Below, piece after piece: positions 1 through 10,206 of a DNA stretch of 64,000 nucleotides. The stretch covers positions 5,340-69,339 of the forward strand of contig CAYLIB010000004.1 of NCBI GenBank assembly GCA_964384035.1. Direction: 5' to 3'. The translations under genes were made by a program, and so were the position numbers. Each line of letters begins with the position of its first letter. The stretch's first letter is position 1. Origin of the DNA: an uncultured Candidatus Saccharibacteria bacterium. GTDB lineage: Bacteria; Patescibacteriota; Doudnabacteria; UBA920. The notes below the pieces were generated by a model. That model was not told the DNA's origin. It worked only from the letters and a program-made list of their open reading frames with translations, and searched no databases.

Positions 1-2556
1 GGAGAGTTGAGCAGAAGGGAAATGGTTTATTTAACTCCGCTTAGAAAGCCAATAGATGGAACGTTACCACCAGTAAAAGAACCGTTATTTACATTTGAAA
101 CTCAAACACTCCCTGTTGGTCAGCTAAATACTACTTATACAGCTAAAATTTATTTCAACTACCATACTGCAGGTGAAAATTATGCTACTAATGCTTACTT
201 TTCGGGGTTACCTGCTGGTATAATTACTGGTAGTTCTTCTGGGCCAGACACTACTTTTGGTATCTTGCCTGGTATTGAAGGTCCAAATGGAAGGGCTTCG
301 GTTCAGATTTCTGGTATCCCTACGGTTTCGGGAACATATACTGTAACTCTCACGCTGAGTGATCAACATACTGTTAAGACTCAGAAGACTTACAGTTTAA
401 ATATACAAAGTCCTAGAATACCGTCTGATATTAGGGTAGGACAGGTCATTAACAAAGATGGAACAATTTATTTAGTAGCAACCAATGGTTTACTAGGATT
501 CCCTACATTAGCCGTGTTTAATTCGTGGGGTTTCTGTTTTGCGGATGCGCTTCCTGCTAATGCTTCTGAAAAGACTTTAACTCAAGTAGGAGTGATGCCG
601 ATGAAACCTGTAAACGCCGATATACCTAGCTGGATTCCTCCTTTAAAACCGTCGGTCTGTGTAGTAGAAGATAAACCGAATTTAACAGTAGCGTTAGACG
701 CTGCTTCGACCCCAATAGCGCAGACAGTACAAGCGGGAACAACTGATGTTATTTTCACTGGTATAGTAATGTACGCCACTGGTGGTGATGTGAATTTAGG
801 TCAAATGTCTATAGGTGCAGACACTGCTAGTGGTGCAGCGCTTGTGAAAAATATTAGACTTTTCGATGGTACGACTGAGGTTGGTTCGGTACAGACGCTG
901 AGTAATGTAAGTGCTGATGGTGTAGGAAGGTGGGGAACTATTCAATTTAGTGGAGGTAGATTAATTCCAAATAACTCTGCTAAAAGATTAACCATAAAGG
1001 CAGATGCAGTAGCTGGTCTGGCCGGTGTTGTTAAACTTGGGGTAGTAGGTGTTGCATTTAATCCTGGTTACAACGCGAATGTAACGTTGCCAAGTAATTT
1101 GTTTGGTAATCCAGTTACGGTTCAGTTGCCTCGCCAGGGGGTATCGAGTTTAAACGTAAGCCTTTCAGCGGCAACTCCTATTTCTCAAACTGTGGATGCC
1201 AATAAAACTGATGTTAAATTTTCAACCTTCAATTTGACCGCGATTGGTAGTGATGTGGGTTTATCTAAAATTTATGTAAATTCAGATTCTGCGAATGGGC
1301 AGACGAATATAAAAAATGTGAGGGTAATAGATGCCAGCACGAATACTGTTTTGGGTTCTGTGGCGTCTCTAGTAAATGTTGGAGCAGATGGAAATCAGCG
1401 TTTTGGAGTTGTTAATCTTAATTCTTTCGTCATTACTAAAGACAGTACAAGAACGGTAACCTTAATGGCTGATATTTCTTCTAGCGCAACTGGCTCGACA
1501 AAATTAGGGATTAATGGAGTTACTCTTAACCCTGAAACTAATACTGTTATTAATTTGCCAAACAATCTGTTTGGTTACCCCGTTACTTTCAATTCAGCTA
1601 TAGATGATACTGTGCTTGAGCTTCAGAAAATAGAATTATCTAACAATACTCTTACTCCTGGGGTGCCAAATCAAACAGCGCTAAAATTTAAGGTTACGAA
1701 TAAAACAAGTACCGCAAGACAACTTAATATTATTTCGGTACATGTTGCTACTACAAACGCGCAAGCTAGCGAATTTTCCCAAATGTACTGGTATTCAAAT
1801 GGGGTGCTACTTGGGAATAGACAAATGGTGAATAATTTTAATAGCATAGCTGGGACTTACTATATTGGCTCTACGGGTTCGACTATCCCACTTGTAACGG
1901 TACCTGCTTTGGGGTCTATAGATATCACGATTAACGTAGATGTACCTGCTTCGGCAGTAGCTGGCAGAAGCGCAGATTTTCATATTTTTGGTTACACATT
2001 GGGTTATATGGGTGGACCAAGTGATCCAGTGGGGAAATATGTAAAAATAATTGGTGGAACTACGGTTTCTAATACAGTCTCGATTGGCCAGAGTGCCACT
2101 AGTACTGGTGCTGTTGTTGCTCAGTTGGCTTCTAGTAACCCGACTAGCCTTACAATAAGTAGAGGAAGCCAGGGTGTAAATGTGATGGCCTTTAATCTCG
2201 CAAATCCCAGTGGTGAAAAAGTGAGTTTAGCTAGTCTTCGTTTGGTGTGTCAGGGTTGTGGTGGTGCGGTTGAATTTAGTGAAGCAAGAATTTATAGAGC
2301 AGGAACGCTCGTCGGTACAGCAAAACCTTCAGCTGGTAATCCATTTATAGACTTTGATTTAACCGGAACGCCGCTGGAGCTTGCAGTAGTTAGCATTTCT
2401 ACATTTACAGTCCAACTAGATTTAATTCCTACTGCGGTACAGCAATTTTCTCAAAATTTCTATATTGAGCTGCGATCGGTTGGTGTTTCTAAAGGTGGTG
2501 CAGATGTGTCGGTAGGAGGACTTCCACTTTATAGTAGTGCTCACAAAGTTCAGTAA
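1..2556 (+). CDS. Large beta-rich surface/secreted protein with Ig-like repeats (probably 5'-truncated by the window)
   Basis: Frame open from base 1; Thr/Ser/Val/Gly-rich; repeated ~150-aa modules (LTVALDAASTPIAQTV / LNVSLSAATPISQTV); He_PIG-like segment (ISGIPTVSGTYTVTLTLSD). Confidence 0.7.
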   Translation, partial: GELSRREMVYLTPLRKPIDGTLPPVKEPLFTFETQTLPVGQLNTTYTAKIYFNYHTAGENYATNAYFSGLPAGIITGSSSGPDTTFGILPGIEGPNGRASVQISGIPTVSGTYTVTLTLSDQHTVKTQKTYSLNIQSPRIPSDIRVGQVINKDGTIYLVATNGLLGFPTLAVFNSWGFCFADALPANASEKTLTQVGVMPMKPVNADIPSWIPPLKPSVCVVEDKPNLTVALDAASTPIAQTVQAGTTDVIFTGIVMYATGGDVNLGQMSIGADTASGAALVKNIRLFDGTTEVGSVQTLSNVSADGVGRWGTIQFSGGRLIPNNSAKRLTIKADAVAGLAGVVKLGVVGVAFNPGYNANVTLPSNLFGNPVTVQLPRQGVSSLNVSLSAATPISQTVDANKTDVKFSTFNLTAIGSDVGLSKIYVNSDSANGQTNIKNVRVIDASTNTVLGSVASLVNVGADGNQRFGVVNLNSFVITKDSTRTVTLMADISSSATGSTKLGINGVTLNPETNTVINLPNNLFGYPVTFNSAIDDTVLELQKIELSNNTLTPGVPNQTALKFKVTNKTSTARQLNIISVHVATTNAQASEFSQMYWYSNGVLLGNRQMVNNFNSIAGTYYIGSTGSTIPLVTVPALGSIDITINVDVPASAVAGRSADFHIFGYTLGYMGGPSDPVGKYVKIIGGTTVSNTVSIGQSATSTGAVVAQLASSNPTSLTISRGSQGVNVMAFNLANPSGEKVSLASLRLVCQGCGGAVEFSEARIYRAGTLVGTAKPSAGNPFIDFDLTGTPLELAVVSISTFTVQLDLIPTAVQQFSQNFYIELRSVGVSKGGADVSVGGLPLYSSAHKVQ

Positions 2557-2562
2557 TCTAAT

Positions 2563-2591
2563 AAAACCGCCGTAAATTCGGTGGTTTTTTT
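2563..2591 (+). terminator. Intrinsic terminator
   Basis: aaaaccgccg-taaatt-cggtggtttttt just after stop codon. Confidence 0.75.
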
Positions 2592-2697
2592 ATTCGAAAT
2601 TATTGAACTAATTGGATCAAAAAAGTGTTCAATAGTTGCAACTGGACAGAGGGGGCTGGTCGTTACATTATATAGAGGGGGAATTAACTAAAAATGT

Positions 2698-4419
2698 ATG
2701 AAAATTGGGATGTCTTTGGATAAAATTGTGGGGGTTTTTAAGTCTGTAATTGTGGGGTATCCTATTACCTCTGTTTTAACACTCGTGGGGGTAATTTGTG
2801 GATTAATTTTAGTAGGAAGTTCGAGTAATTTAATGGCCTCACGGATGTTGTTTACAGCTTTGTTGTTTTTTTCAGTTTCTATAGGTCTTAAGCAGATTGA
2901 AAAACAAGGTTTTTCCAAAAATTTTAAGATTTGGTCATATCTTTTGTCTGCAATTTTGCTGGTCTTGTTTTTTGTATATAGGAGCGGAATGGATGGGTAT
3001 ATATTAAGAGATATATTGCAGTTTATTATGTGGTTTGGGTTGGGTGTGTTGTTTTTAAGCATATCTCCTTTTTTATTAAAAAATTTAGGAAGTGCTCAGG
3101 ATTATTGGGAATATTGTAGAAGGATAGGTAATGCCATAGCAGCAGCCTTTGCATATTCGGCGATAGTTTTTTTAGGTTTATCGGTTGCACTTAAAGCTAT
3201 CAATGAACTTTTTTCACTTTATTTACAAGGGGAGGTCTGGGTGCAGTTGTGGATTTTGGTAGTAGGGTTGATGAGCGTGCCAATATTCCTTACTAAGTTT
3301 CCAAATGTAGATGCAAAAGCAGATATAGAGAATTTCCCAAAAGAAATAAGGCTTTTGGGGGGTTGGGTATTTTTGAGCTTAGTTAGTATATATTTTTTAA
3401 TTCTGTATACATACACAGTTCAAATTCTCATTACTAACGAGTGGCCAAAAGGTATTATTTCGGCACTTATTGTTGGGTTTTCAACTTTAGGGTTGGCTAC
3501 GTTTGTAATGTTGTATCCGCTTTCCATGCGAGAGGATAGGTATAAAAAGATTTTTACAGTAATGTTTATTTCTTTCATTCCTCAGGTAGCGGTACTGTTT
3601 TATGCATTGTCCTTTAGATTGAAAGACTATGGAATTACTGAAAATAGATATTTATTGTTTGGTTTTGGTTTGTGGTTGGTTTTGATTTCTTTGTATTTCA
3701 TTTTTAGTAAAGTAAAAAACCTTAAAGTGGTAGTTTATAGCCTCGCGATTGTATTAGTTTTAGTTTCGGTGGGTCCATTGAGTGCATCGAACGTGGCTAA
3801 GAATAGCCAGCTTTCCAGGTTGAGGAACTTACTAGCCTCGGGTGATCTTTTAGAAAACAATAAACTTAAAAAGGGAAGCGTAGGAGAAAGTAATTCTAGT
3901 GGAGAGATTTATAGTTTATTTAGATATTTTAATAGTTATCATGGTGTGTCTTCTTTAAAAAATCTATTTCCTAAGGAAGTAAAACTCACTTCTTTGCAGG
4001 ATGTGGTTGATTATGCTGGTCCAGATTATGGTTCTGGGTATGGAGATTTGGATAGTAGATATTTCTTTACTAACAGGGATGAACAAGGGTCTATTAATAT
4101 AGCAGGTTATGATTATCTAGTTGAGCAATATGGAATTCTTAAGATAGGAGATGATACTTATACTTTTGAATTGGATCAGGATAAATATGTTTATGAAATT
4201 AGGAAGAATAATCTGACCGTAGGAAAAATAGATTTAAATCCGTTATTAGAAAAACTTAAACAGAATACTACTAGTGGTCAGAGTATGGGATTCTCTAGTG
4301 AAGAGATGAGTGTGGTTTTTAGTGAAGGTAATTTAGATGTAAAAATACATTTTGACTCAATAAATCTCCAGGGTCGAAGGCTTGAGGTAACGGGATGGAA
4401 ACTGGTAAAAATAAAATAA
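2698..4419 (+). CDS. DUF4153-type multi-pass membrane protein
   Basis: ~11 TM segments; motifs WPKG and RLKDYGITENRY typical of the family. Confidence 0.75.
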   Translation: MKIGMSLDKIVGVFKSVIVGYPITSVLTLVGVICGLILVGSSSNLMASRMLFTALLFFSVSIGLKQIEKQGFSKNFKIWSYLLSAILLVLFFVYRSGMDGYILRDILQFIMWFGLGVLFLSISPFLLKNLGSAQDYWEYCRRIGNAIAAAFAYSAIVFLGLSVALKAINELFSLYLQGEVWVQLWILVVGLMSVPIFLTKFPNVDAKADIENFPKEIRLLGGWVFLSLVSIYFLILYTYTVQILITNEWPKGIISALIVGFSTLGLATFVMLYPLSMREDRYKKIFTVMFISFIPQVAVLFYALSFRLKDYGITENRYLLFGFGLWLVLISLYFIFSKVKNLKVVVYSLAIVLVLVSVGPLSASNVAKNSQLSRLRNLLASGDLLENNKLKKGSVGESNSSGEIYSLFRYFNSYHGVSSLKNLFPKEVKLTSLQDVVDYAGPDYGSGYGDLDSRYFFTNRDEQGSINIAGYDYLVEQYGILKIGDDTYTFELDQDKYVYEIRKNNLTVGKIDLNPLLEKLKQNTTSGQSMGFSSEEMSVVFSEGNLDVKIHFDSINLQGRRLEVTGWKLVKIK

Positions 4420-4431
4420 TGTGCGAATTTT

Positions 4432-4455
4432 AAAGCCGGCGTATGCCGGCTTTTT
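4432..4455 (+). terminator. Intrinsic terminator
   Basis: aagccggc-gtat-gccggcttttt. Confidence 0.75.
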
Positions 4456-4693
4456 GTGTATTACAACATATGTCTTTCAGGTAAGCGTTAAATAAAAATA
4501 TGGGGTGTTGTTAAGCCTTGAATTGTGGTTAAAAGTGGTAGAAAAGTGCGTTTAAGAGGTGTTTTGAGGGTATATACAATGGGATTTAGTTATTGCTATA
4601 TACGGCAGCAAGGAATGCGAGTAGGCTTAAGTTACGGCTTAAATAGTTAAATTATTAAATAACTATTTAATTAATTTTTCCAGAAATAAATTT

Positions 4694-4999
4694 ATGTTGT
4701 CAGAAAAACAAATATTAAGAATAAGAAAGACCTTTAACGGAACTAATCAGAGAATAATTTTTAAGATTCTTGGTGATAGGAATCGGTATCGAATTTTTGA
4801 AATGCTTGGAAAACACCCCGAACTCACTGTTGGTGAAGTAGCAACTATACTTAAGATTTCTAATCCTTTAAGTTCTCAGCATCTGAAAATTTTAGTAGAT
4901 GGTGATCTTTTGGAAAAAGAGAAGCGGGGGCAAAAAGTATTTTATAGACTGAGAGTGGATAATAAGTTAGCACAGTCTATTATTCACGAAATAATATAA
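4694..4999 (+). CDS. ArsR/SmtB-family wHTH regulator
   Basis: FKILGDRNRYRIFEML...LTVGEVA...SQHLKIL...KRGQKVFYRL. Confidence 0.9.
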   Translation: MLSEKQILRIRKTFNGTNQRIIFKILGDRNRYRIFEMLGKHPELTVGEVATILKISNPLSSQHLKILVDGDLLEKEKRGQKVFYRLRVDNKLAQSIIHEII

Positions 5000-5085
5000 A
5001 TTACAGTTTTGGGTGTTCAAAGGTCGTGTGTTAGAAGGGTTATTCAATTGCTAATATCAGAAATTTTAAATGAAAGAGGAATTCT

Positions 5086-5193
5086 ATGGAAAAGGTCAAA
5101 ATCACTTTTTCTCTGAACTTGGATTATTATCCGATGTATCAGTGCGACCCGTCTGCCTGTGTCGTTAGGCAATTAGTTGGTGGCCGTTGGTAA
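5086..5193 (+). CDS. Putative 35-aa small protein (SD-led, not in ORF track)
   Basis: gaaagaggaattct-ATG; MEKVKITFSLNLDYYPMYQCDPSACVVRQLVGGRW*. Confidence 0.35.
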   Translation: MEKVKITFSLNLDYYPMYQCDPSACVVRQLVGGRW

Positions 5194-5366
5194 TTTATTT
5201 ACCAATTGAGAGGTCGTAATAACAAATAAAGACAGCGTCATAAAGTATATAGCCAATTAGTATATGAGCGCAGTGTAGACGTTACACTGCGCTATTGGTG
5301 CTCTAATGAAAAAAGTTTGGGTTTTAAATTTTAAAGATATGTTAATAATAATTAAACAAATATCGT

Positions 5367-5615
5367 ATGGGAATAATTTTATGGATAGTTTTTGGGGCCA
5401 TTGTGGGTTGGATGGCTTCGATTTTTATGAAAACAGATGTGGAGCAAGGGCCTATTTTGAATATAGTGGTGGGTATTCTAGGATCTGTTTTGGGAGGTTG
5501 GATAATGAGTCAAATAGGAAAAACAGGGGTAAGTGGATTTAATCCATATAGTTTCTTGGTGGCTTTGTTAGGAGCAATGATACTTATAGGATTGGTAAAA
5601 TTGGTAAGAAGATAA
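5367..5615 (+). CDS. GlsB/YeaQ/YmgE (transglycosylase-associated) membrane protein
   Basis: MGIILWIVFGAIVGWMAS...NIVVGILGSVLGGW. Confidence 0.92.
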   Translation: MGIILWIVFGAIVGWMASIFMKTDVEQGPILNIVVGILGSVLGGWIMSQIGKTGVSGFNPYSFLVALLGAMILIGLVKLVRR

Positions 5616-5652
5616 AAAAATGCCTGGATGTTTTATCCAGGCATTGTTTTTT
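5614..5652. terminator. Bidirectional terminator
   Basis: aaaaaaatgcctggat-gttt-tatccaggcattgtttttt between convergent genes. Confidence 0.75.
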
Positions 5653-5984
5653 TACAGCTTGATCCCTACTAGGCTATATGCTTTTACCCACCACTGGTGG
5701 GCTATTGGTTCTTTTTCAATATTGGGCTCATGGCATATGAGCCTAATTATTTTTGGAGATACTTTTATTCTCATAACCCTAAGTGTAATTAAGGCAAAGT
5801 ATGTTTTTGCTATTTGTTCTTTTGACCAGCCTTTAATTACATCACAGGATATTAGACTTAGGCACTCTTTAATTTCTAAATTTATCTTGGCAGTCTCAAA
5901 TCTTTTTGAGGATTTAGAAGAGACCAGTCTAATGAGTTTATCCGGTAATTCTTCACTGCAATTTTGAAGTGTTTCGATTTCCAC
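5652..5984 (-). CDS. Hypothetical protein; start uncertain
   Basis: 110-aa ORF; the called GTG is itself part of AAGGAGGTG, so the true start may be a decayed codon just downstream. Confidence 0.45.
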   Translation of the reverse strand: MEIETLQNCSEELPDKLIRLVSSKSSKRFETAKINLEIKECLSLISCDVIKGWSKEQIAKTYFALITLRVMRIKVSPKIIRLICHEPNIEKEPIAHQWWVKAYSLVGIKL

Positions 5985-6007
5985 CTCCTTGAAAATATTG
6001 GATTGTT

Positions 6008-6460
6008 TTATATTTTAGTTTGGTGATCTTTTAGATCTTTTATGATGTTGGAGATTTTTTTAAGTTCTTGTTTTATTTTTATCAATTCTTTAGCTTCGAT
6101 TTTTACTTCATCTTCTGTTTTTTCAGAAAGTTTTTTTTCACCTTTTACTCCAGAGATCAGGATTTCGTTTCCGATAAAATTAGAGACCAGAGTCCCTGTT
6201 ATAAGTAGTATAAGTGTACCTATTAGTATGGAAAGTGGGCCATCCCACCATAGCAATTGTTGAAGATTTATACTAGATTCAGAGTAATTTGCATAGGCTG
6301 AGATTAGAGTCATTAGAAAATCCATGCTGTGCCATATACCTCTCCAGAATATTACTATACCTGCCCCTGCAAAAAGGGCATACCAAATGGGGAATTTACT
6401 TAGAAAACCTCTGGTGTGGTCTTCGAGTCTGTCGAAGAAGTGATAAATTTTTTTATACAT
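6008..6460 (-). CDS. Conserved-looking two-TM membrane protein with C-terminal coiled coil
   Basis: FFDRLEDHTRGFLSKFPIWYA...FWRGIWH...FIGNEILISG. Confidence 0.75.
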   Translation of the reverse strand: MYKKIYHFFDRLEDHTRGFLSKFPIWYALFAGAGIVIFWRGIWHSMDFLMTLISAYANYSESSINLQQLLWWDGPLSILIGTLILLITGTLVSNFIGNEILISGVKGEKKLSEKTEDEVKIEAKELIKIKQELKKISNIIKDLKDHQTKI

Positions 6461-6838
6461 CTGAATATTTTTGTATTATTTGTTTGGGTAAAGTATGTTA
6501 TATCTCCCGGCATGGGAGCTAAAAGTTTTTTTACTAGAAATTTTTAGACAATATTAATCCTTATTAGTATTCTATACTGTTTTAAATTTCAGTGAAGAGT
6601 AAAATAATTATGATATCCTAGAGATATAATTAATTTAAATAAAATTATGAATAGAATAACAAGACTTTTTGTTTTGGTTATGTTAATGGGGCTATTTGGG
6701 TCAATAAATAATAATGTAGATAAGTTTCTGTAATAAAAGCCAATAAATATATAGTATTTATTGGCTTTTTATAATATAAATTAAATATTGTAGATAATTT
6801 TTTGACAAAAAATAAATATTGCTTCATACTTTTTTGGT

Positions 6839-7585
6839 ATGAATACCAGGCAATTACTCAAGGATTTTGGATTGAGCGATAAAGAAATATCAGTCTACTT
6901 GGCTTTAGTAGAACTTGGGCCTTCTCCGGTGAGACAAATTGGAGAAAAGGCTGAGATCAACCGTGGGACAACGTATGATATTCTTAGGTCTCTACAGGAC
7001 TTAGGTTTAGTTTCTTTTTTTGACAAAGAAGCAAAACAGTACTTTACAGCTGAGGATCCTGAAAAGCTTATAACCGCACTTGATGAAAGAAAAAAGAATA
7101 TAGATAAGGTGCGGGGTGAGCTTACAGAGCATTTACCTGAATTACGTGCTTTGTTTCAGGTTTCAGGAGATAAGCCAAGAGTGGCTTTATATGAAGGAAT
7201 GGAAGGTGTTAGGCAAATTCTCGAAGATGTACTGGATGTTATGGATGAGACGGAAACACGTGAATACTATGTTTATTCTTCCGCTGGGATTCGTGGAAAT
7301 GTTTATGAGGCCATGCCGGATTTTTCTAACAGAAGAATAAAGCGAAAAATTTCGGTGAAGACGTTAGCACTTGGAAATGGTGGGCAGACAGTGGGTCTTG
7401 ATGAACGCAAGTGGCTGCCAACAAATGGGAAAGAATTTAAATCGACATACGAAATTATTTATGGTAATAGAGTCGCGCATATTAGTTTGGACGTAGGGCA
7501 GAATCCTGTAGGAGTAATTATTCAGAACAGTGGAATATACGAGACTCAAAAATTTATCTTTAATTCTCTTTGGGAGAAAATATAG
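6839..7585 (+). CDS. TrmB-family transcriptional regulator
   Basis: FGLSDKEISVYLALVELG...INRGTTYDIL; YEGMEGV linker; TTGACA at ~6802. Confidence 0.9.
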   Translation: MNTRQLLKDFGLSDKEISVYLALVELGPSPVRQIGEKAEINRGTTYDILRSLQDLGLVSFFDKEAKQYFTAEDPEKLITALDERKKNIDKVRGELTEHLPELRALFQVSGDKPRVALYEGMEGVRQILEDVLDVMDETETREYYVYSSAGIRGNVYEAMPDFSNRRIKRKISVKTLALGNGGQTVGLDERKWLPTNGKEFKSTYEIIYGNRVAHISLDVGQNPVGVIIQNSGIYETQKFIFNSLWEKI

Positions 7586-7589
7586 CTAA

Positions 7590-7862
7590 ATGAGTATTAC
7601 GATAGATTTTAGTTGGATATTGGTTCTATACGCTATCGTGTGGTTATTGGCTTTTGTTAGACTTTCTTATTTGCAATGGATTGAAGCAAAGGTGAGAAAG
7701 CAGATGGATGCAGAAATATTTAAAATAATAAAGGAGCCTGTCCCTGTATCGATTAAGAATGGTCAAATAAGAAATATAAATAATATATATGAACCAGAAA
7801 TTGAAAGAATAAAAAGAAGTAGAGAGTTCGTAAGGGATATAATACCTTTTTTAAAAAATTAA
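7590..7862 (+). CDS. Hypothetical single-TM protein
   Basis: 90-aa ORF, N-terminal hydrophobic helix, operonic position. Confidence 0.55.
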   Translation: MSITIDFSWILVLYAIVWLLAFVRLSYLQWIEAKVRKQMDAEIFKIIKEPVPVSIKNGQIRNINNIYEPEIERIKRSREFVRDIIPFLKN

Positions 7863-7988
7863 TGTTCGCTTTTTGAAAATCTGGCTTTGCCAGTTTTCAA
7901 AAATACTTCTCCGGAAAAGAGAGGCTGTAGCGAAGCGAAAGGTTTGGAAGAGAAAAACCTGGTAAGGTTTGTCTCTCCAAGGATATAT

Positions 7989-9824
7989 ATGTGTGGAATT
8001 GTCGGATATATAGGTAATAAAAATGCAGAGGAAATATTGGTGGATGGGTTAACTCGACTCGAGTATAGGGGGTATGACTCGGCTGGTATTGCTGTTTTAG
8101 GTGAGGCAGGTTTTAGTGTTTTTAAAACTAAAGGACGAGTTAAGGATCTTGAGGATAAGATTAATGGACATGAGCTTAAAGGGAATCTTGGAATTGCTCA
8201 TACTCGCTGGGCAACACACGGGGAACCAAGTGATGTAAATGCTCATCCACACTGCGATGATAAAGGTCAGGTTTATTTGGTCCATAACGGGATAATAGAA
8301 AATTATCGACAACTTAAAGAAGAGCTTATTAGTGAAGGACATGTTTTTGTTAGTGCTACAGATAGTGAGGTCTTAGCACATTTAATAGCTAGAGAGCTTG
8401 AGAAGGAAAGGTCCCTAGTGAAAGCTGTGCGTAAGGCTTTGCGTCTAGTAATTGGTGCTTATGGTATTGCAGTTGTGGCAAAAGATTATCCTGGTGTATT
8501 AGTGGTTGCAAGACTGGGTAGTCCGCTAGTGATTGGTAGGGGGGAAGGCGAGAATATTGTTGCATCGGATGTGACTGCAATATTACCGACTACCCGAGAA
8601 GTGATTTATTTAAACGATGGTGAGATCGCTGAAGTAACGGCTTCGAAAATTACGGTATCAGATTTGGACGCAAGAATTAAAAGAACAAAGAGTGAAAAAG
8701 TAGACTGGAGCTTGGAAGAAGCTAGTAAGGGTGGCTTCGAGCACTATATGCTTAAAGAAATTTATGAGGCACCAGATGCAGTAAAAAATAGCATGCGAGG
8801 TCGTTTAGATTTTGCGAATGCGACAGCAAAACTTGGTGGTTTGGAGGATGTGAGTAAAAGACTCTCTAAAGTAAAACATATAACTATGGTGGGCATGGGT
8901 ACTGCGAGGCTTGCTGCTATGGTAGGTGAATACATGTTAGAGGAGTACGCTAGGATTCCAGTAGAGGTTGAGTTCGCTGGAGAATATACTTACAAGCAAC
9001 AACCGAATATGGATGGGGGTGCGATTTTGGCTGTTTCGCAATCGGGTGAAACAGCAGACACATTGCTAGCGGTAAAAGAAGCTAAGAGAAAAGGAGTATT
9101 GTCTTTAGGTATTGTGAACGTTATAGCTAGTTCGATCGCAAGAGAGACAGATGCTGGTGTGTATAACCATATTGGTCCGGAAGTGGCGGTCGCTTCGACA
9201 AAAGCTTTTATTTCACAGTTAACAATTTTGACTTTATTCACTTTATTCTTAGGACGCCAGAGAGATATGTCTGTTGCTACCGCGGAGCGTATAATGAAGG
9301 AGTTAAAGGGTTTACCGGAGAAGACTAAAGGTTTAATTGCAGGTTTAGATGAAGCTATAAAAGTAATTGCAGATAAATATAAAGATAAACATAACTTTTT
9401 CTTTTTAGGTAGAAAATATAATTATCCGGTTGCATTGGAAGGTGCATTGAAACTTAAAGAAGTTGCATACGTCCATGCTGAGGGATATAACGCTGCTGAA
9501 ATGAAGCATGGACCGATTGCACTTTTGGAAAAAGATTTTCCGGTAATTGTAATAGCGCCGAGTGATAGTGTGTACGAGAAAAATTTAAGCCATATCCAGG
9601 AAGTTAAAGTTCGAGGTGCAAGGGTGATAGCTATAGCAACCGAAGGTAACGAAGAAATAAAAGAATTGGTAGATGACGTCATCTATATTCCGAGGACTCT
9701 AGAAATGCTAACTCCAATCTTGTCGGTGATACCACTTCAGTTGTTTGCATATTATGTCGCGGTAGCGAGGGGGGCAGATGTAGATAAGCCGAGGAATCTC
9801 GCCAAAAGTGTAACTGTTGAGTGA
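7989..9824 (+). CDS. glmS: Glutamine-fructose-6-phosphate transaminase
   Basis: True start MCGIVG at 7989 (not 7887); LEYRGYDSAG, HTRWATHG, SQSGETADT, PRNLAKSVTVE. Confidence 0.98.
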   Translation: MCGIVGYIGNKNAEEILVDGLTRLEYRGYDSAGIAVLGEAGFSVFKTKGRVKDLEDKINGHELKGNLGIAHTRWATHGEPSDVNAHPHCDDKGQVYLVHNGIIENYRQLKEELISEGHVFVSATDSEVLAHLIARELEKERSLVKAVRKALRLVIGAYGIAVVAKDYPGVLVVARLGSPLVIGRGEGENIVASDVTAILPTTREVIYLNDGEIAEVTASKITVSDLDARIKRTKSEKVDWSLEEASKGGFEHYMLKEIYEAPDAVKNSMRGRLDFANATAKLGGLEDVSKRLSKVKHITMVGMGTARLAAMVGEYMLEEYARIPVEVEFAGEYTYKQQPNMDGGAILAVSQSGETADTLLAVKEAKRKGVLSLGIVNVIASSIARETDAGVYNHIGPEVAVASTKAFISQLTILTLFTLFLGRQRDMSVATAERIMKELKGLPEKTKGLIAGLDEAIKVIADKYKDKHNFFFLGRKYNYPVALEGALKLKEVAYVHAEGYNAAEMKHGPIALLEKDFPVIVIAPSDSVYEKNLSHIQEVKVRGARVIAIATEGNEEIKELVDDVIYIPRTLEMLTPILSVIPLQLFAYYVAVARGADVDKPRNLAKSVTVE

Positions 9825-9825
9825 T

Positions 9826-9946
9826 GTAATTAAAATTTTGGCGAATTTCGTTGTCGCAAACTACGTTTGGGTCTCACCGTACCAGTCGCGTACGCCTCGA
9901 CTCAAGCCTCGCTTGCTCCTAGAACTTCACTCAAAATTTTAATTAC
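9826..9946. repeat. Palindromic MITE/REP-like element
   Basis: 15-bp perfect terminal inverted repeat gtaattaaaattttg/caaaattttaattac around a GC-richer core. Confidence 0.7.
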
Positions 9947-9959
9947 TTAAGTTAAAATT

Positions 9960-10196
9960 ATGAAAATTTTTGATAAAATATTGTATGCTAATCGGTATTA
10001 CAAGATGAGCGATGTGGAATTGGAAATGGAAGGTAGGAAATGGAATGTTTCGGGAGGTCTATCAAATGGTAATTTGGATAGACAGTTTGTGGTTAATGAA
10101 TTATTACAGCGTCATCAAGCAAATGAAGCACGTGTAGCTATTTTGATTTCTATGATAGCTTTAGTTGTAAGTTTAATTTCTATATTTTGTAACTAA
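9960..10196 (+). CDS. Hypothetical protein with C-terminal TM helix
   Basis: 78-aa ORF. Confidence 0.55.
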   Translation: MKIFDKILYANRYYKMSDVELEMEGRKWNVSGGLSNGNLDRQFVVNELLQRHQANEARVAILISMIALVVSLISIFCN

Positions 10197-10206
10197 TCAA
10201 TTAACA

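Noticed and set aside
7863-7988. glmS ribozyme, or an N-terminal extension from 7887
   Set aside because: No ribozyme core recognised; the region holds the GGCAAAGCC repeat hairpin; GlmS needs Cys at position 2.
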